Positions 63,001-64,000 of a DNA stretch of 64,000 nt are shown here, piece by piece. A program made the translations under genes and the position numbers. The notes under the pieces were generated by a model. The model had not been told where the DNA came from and made no database searches. It was given only the letters and a program-made list of their open reading frames with translations. Source of the stretch: Paraspadella gotoi (lineage: Eukaryota > Animalia > Chaetognatha); NCBI GenBank assembly GCA_051294375.1, contig CM119267.1, forward strand, positions 6,127,992 through 6,191,991. The letters are read 5' to 3'. Each line of letters begins with the position of its first letter. Positions within the stretch are counted from its first letter, which is position 1.

Positions 63001-64000
63001 TAACAATGCTTTTATTTTAAAAAAGTGAAATTTAATTTCGGTAACGTCATCATTTTTTTTGCAATTATAAATTTATTCCATTCAAAAATTACTATTAGAT
63101 TAAATTCTTACCAAAATGTTTAAATCTCAATAATAAGCGTTGATGTTCTAAACCAAAGGTCCGAGAGTCGGAAGCCAACGACGAGTCGACGAATCTCGCC
63201 GAATTCACAGACGAAGAAGGCTACGGTCGCTACCTCGACATGAACGAGTGCTACGACAAGTTCGTCAACCTTAAGGGCATAGAGAAGGTGGACTACCTCG
63301 CCTATTTGGCCACTTTTGACCACCTATTCGACGTCCCCAAGGACAAGAAGACCTCCGACTACAAGAAGTATCTCTCCGCGCTCCTCGACTACTTTTACGA
63401 CTACGTCTCCCGCGTCAAACCGCTTCATGACATCAACGAAGAGATGGAGGCCGTGGTAAAGGACTTCGAAGCTCAGTGGGAAGCCGGCACCTTCCCCGGC
63501 TGGCCCAAAGAGGCCTCCGGCGCCCTCACCCATTCCGGCGCTCACCTCGACCTCTCGGCCTTTTCGTCTTGGGAAGAACTGGCCTCCCTTGGATTGGATC
63601 GTCTCAAGTCCGGCCTGATGGCGCTGGGACTCAAATGCGGTGGGACTCTCGAGGAACGGGCTCAACGTCTCTTCCTTACCAAGGGAAAGGCGCTAGAGTC
63701 CTTGGACTCCTCGCTCTTTGCCAAGAACAAACCAGGAAAAGGAGGCAGCAGCGTTAAGGATCGGGAGAAGCAGAAGGAGATAGCCGCGCTCGAGGCTCAA
63801 GTCTATCGATTTTCCGGTACGAACGTTATTGATTTTAATGATCGATAAATTCGAGGATTCGCGAAAGACTTTTCTTATTTCGGCCAAATTCGTTAGAACT
63901 TCTTTCGGAACAAAGATCCGCGACGAGGGAAAACATCCAACGCAAACAAGCCCGAACGGACGCCGAGCGCGAGGAGGAAGAGGAGGAGGCCATGTCGGAT
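57210..64000 (+). CDS. SF3A3: Splicing factor 3A subunit 3 (Prp9), 3'-partial; exons 57210-57401, 62776-62928, 63159-63816, ~63897->end
   Basis: [71 protein letters not shown] (SAP domain). Confidence 0.96.
58427..59051. mobile_element. DNA-transposon remnant/MITE in SF3A3 intron 1
   Basis: GGGGTAATTCGGAACACT (58427-58444) is inverted at 59023-59040, followed by GCATTACCCTA. A degenerate internal copy lies at ~58883. Confidence 0.55.
60100..60175 (-). pseudogene. tRNA-like (tRNA-derived SINE head or decayed tRNA)
   Basis: Minus strand reads TATGGCGCCGCACGTAGC (A-box-like) ... CCCAGGTTCGCGCCCTG (B-box/T-arm-like) then TTTTT. The cloverleaf is not intact. Confidence 0.35.
60609..60742. repeat. 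~22-bp minisatellite (TGACAATCATCGCATCAATGAA-like), about 6 degenerate copies
   Basis: Direct tandem repeats visible in the sequence. Confidence 0.8.
61090..62214 (-). mobile_element. Helitron/Helentron-like non-autonomous element with internal ~150-180-bp tandem units and (GGAC)n tracts
   Basis: Repeated unit TTTTTCCATTTAAC..CGATTCCATCGAAA..CACACTTTCCTACCCACACACAAAATTT at ~61228, 61405, 61716 and 61868. GGAC tracts at ~61549 and 62010. Terminal hairpin AGTCGGGATCTGCT-GATA-AGCAGATCCGACT at 62181-62211. Confidence 0.55.

Overview
Eukaryotic (metazoan-type) genomic DNA with GC-rich exons, short AT/T-rich introns (mostly 50-100 nt) and one 10-N scaffold gap (3719-3728). I reconstruct 21 protein-coding genes by manual splicing: OCIAD1, GUCD1, METAP1, ADSS, CCDC77, YRDC, RICTOR, reticulon, ERCC4/XPF, CEP162, B3GNTL1/QTGAL, two tandem MFSD13A, ECI1, PWP1, ZFAND1, SCAI, VWA3A, an orphan 311-aa ORF, PTK7 and SF3A3 (runs off the window). 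The main signal is that all 21 lie on the + strand. Many are separated by only about 60-220 nt, and each such spacer is a U-rich tract ending in an unpaired 3' splice acceptor just before the next ATG, usually without an upstream AATAAA. This points to a very large eukaryotic operon-like polycistronic array resolved by spliced-leader trans-splicing, in an animal that keeps genes C. elegans-type nematodes appear to lack (7-Ig PTK7, CEP162, CCDC77, VWA3A). Other features are relaxed splice signals (3 GC-AG introns, many AAG acceptors), several intronless genes among intron-rich ones, and intronic MITEs and Helitron-like repeats. Gene identities come from recalled family motifs, not database searches. 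The organism cannot be determined from this window.
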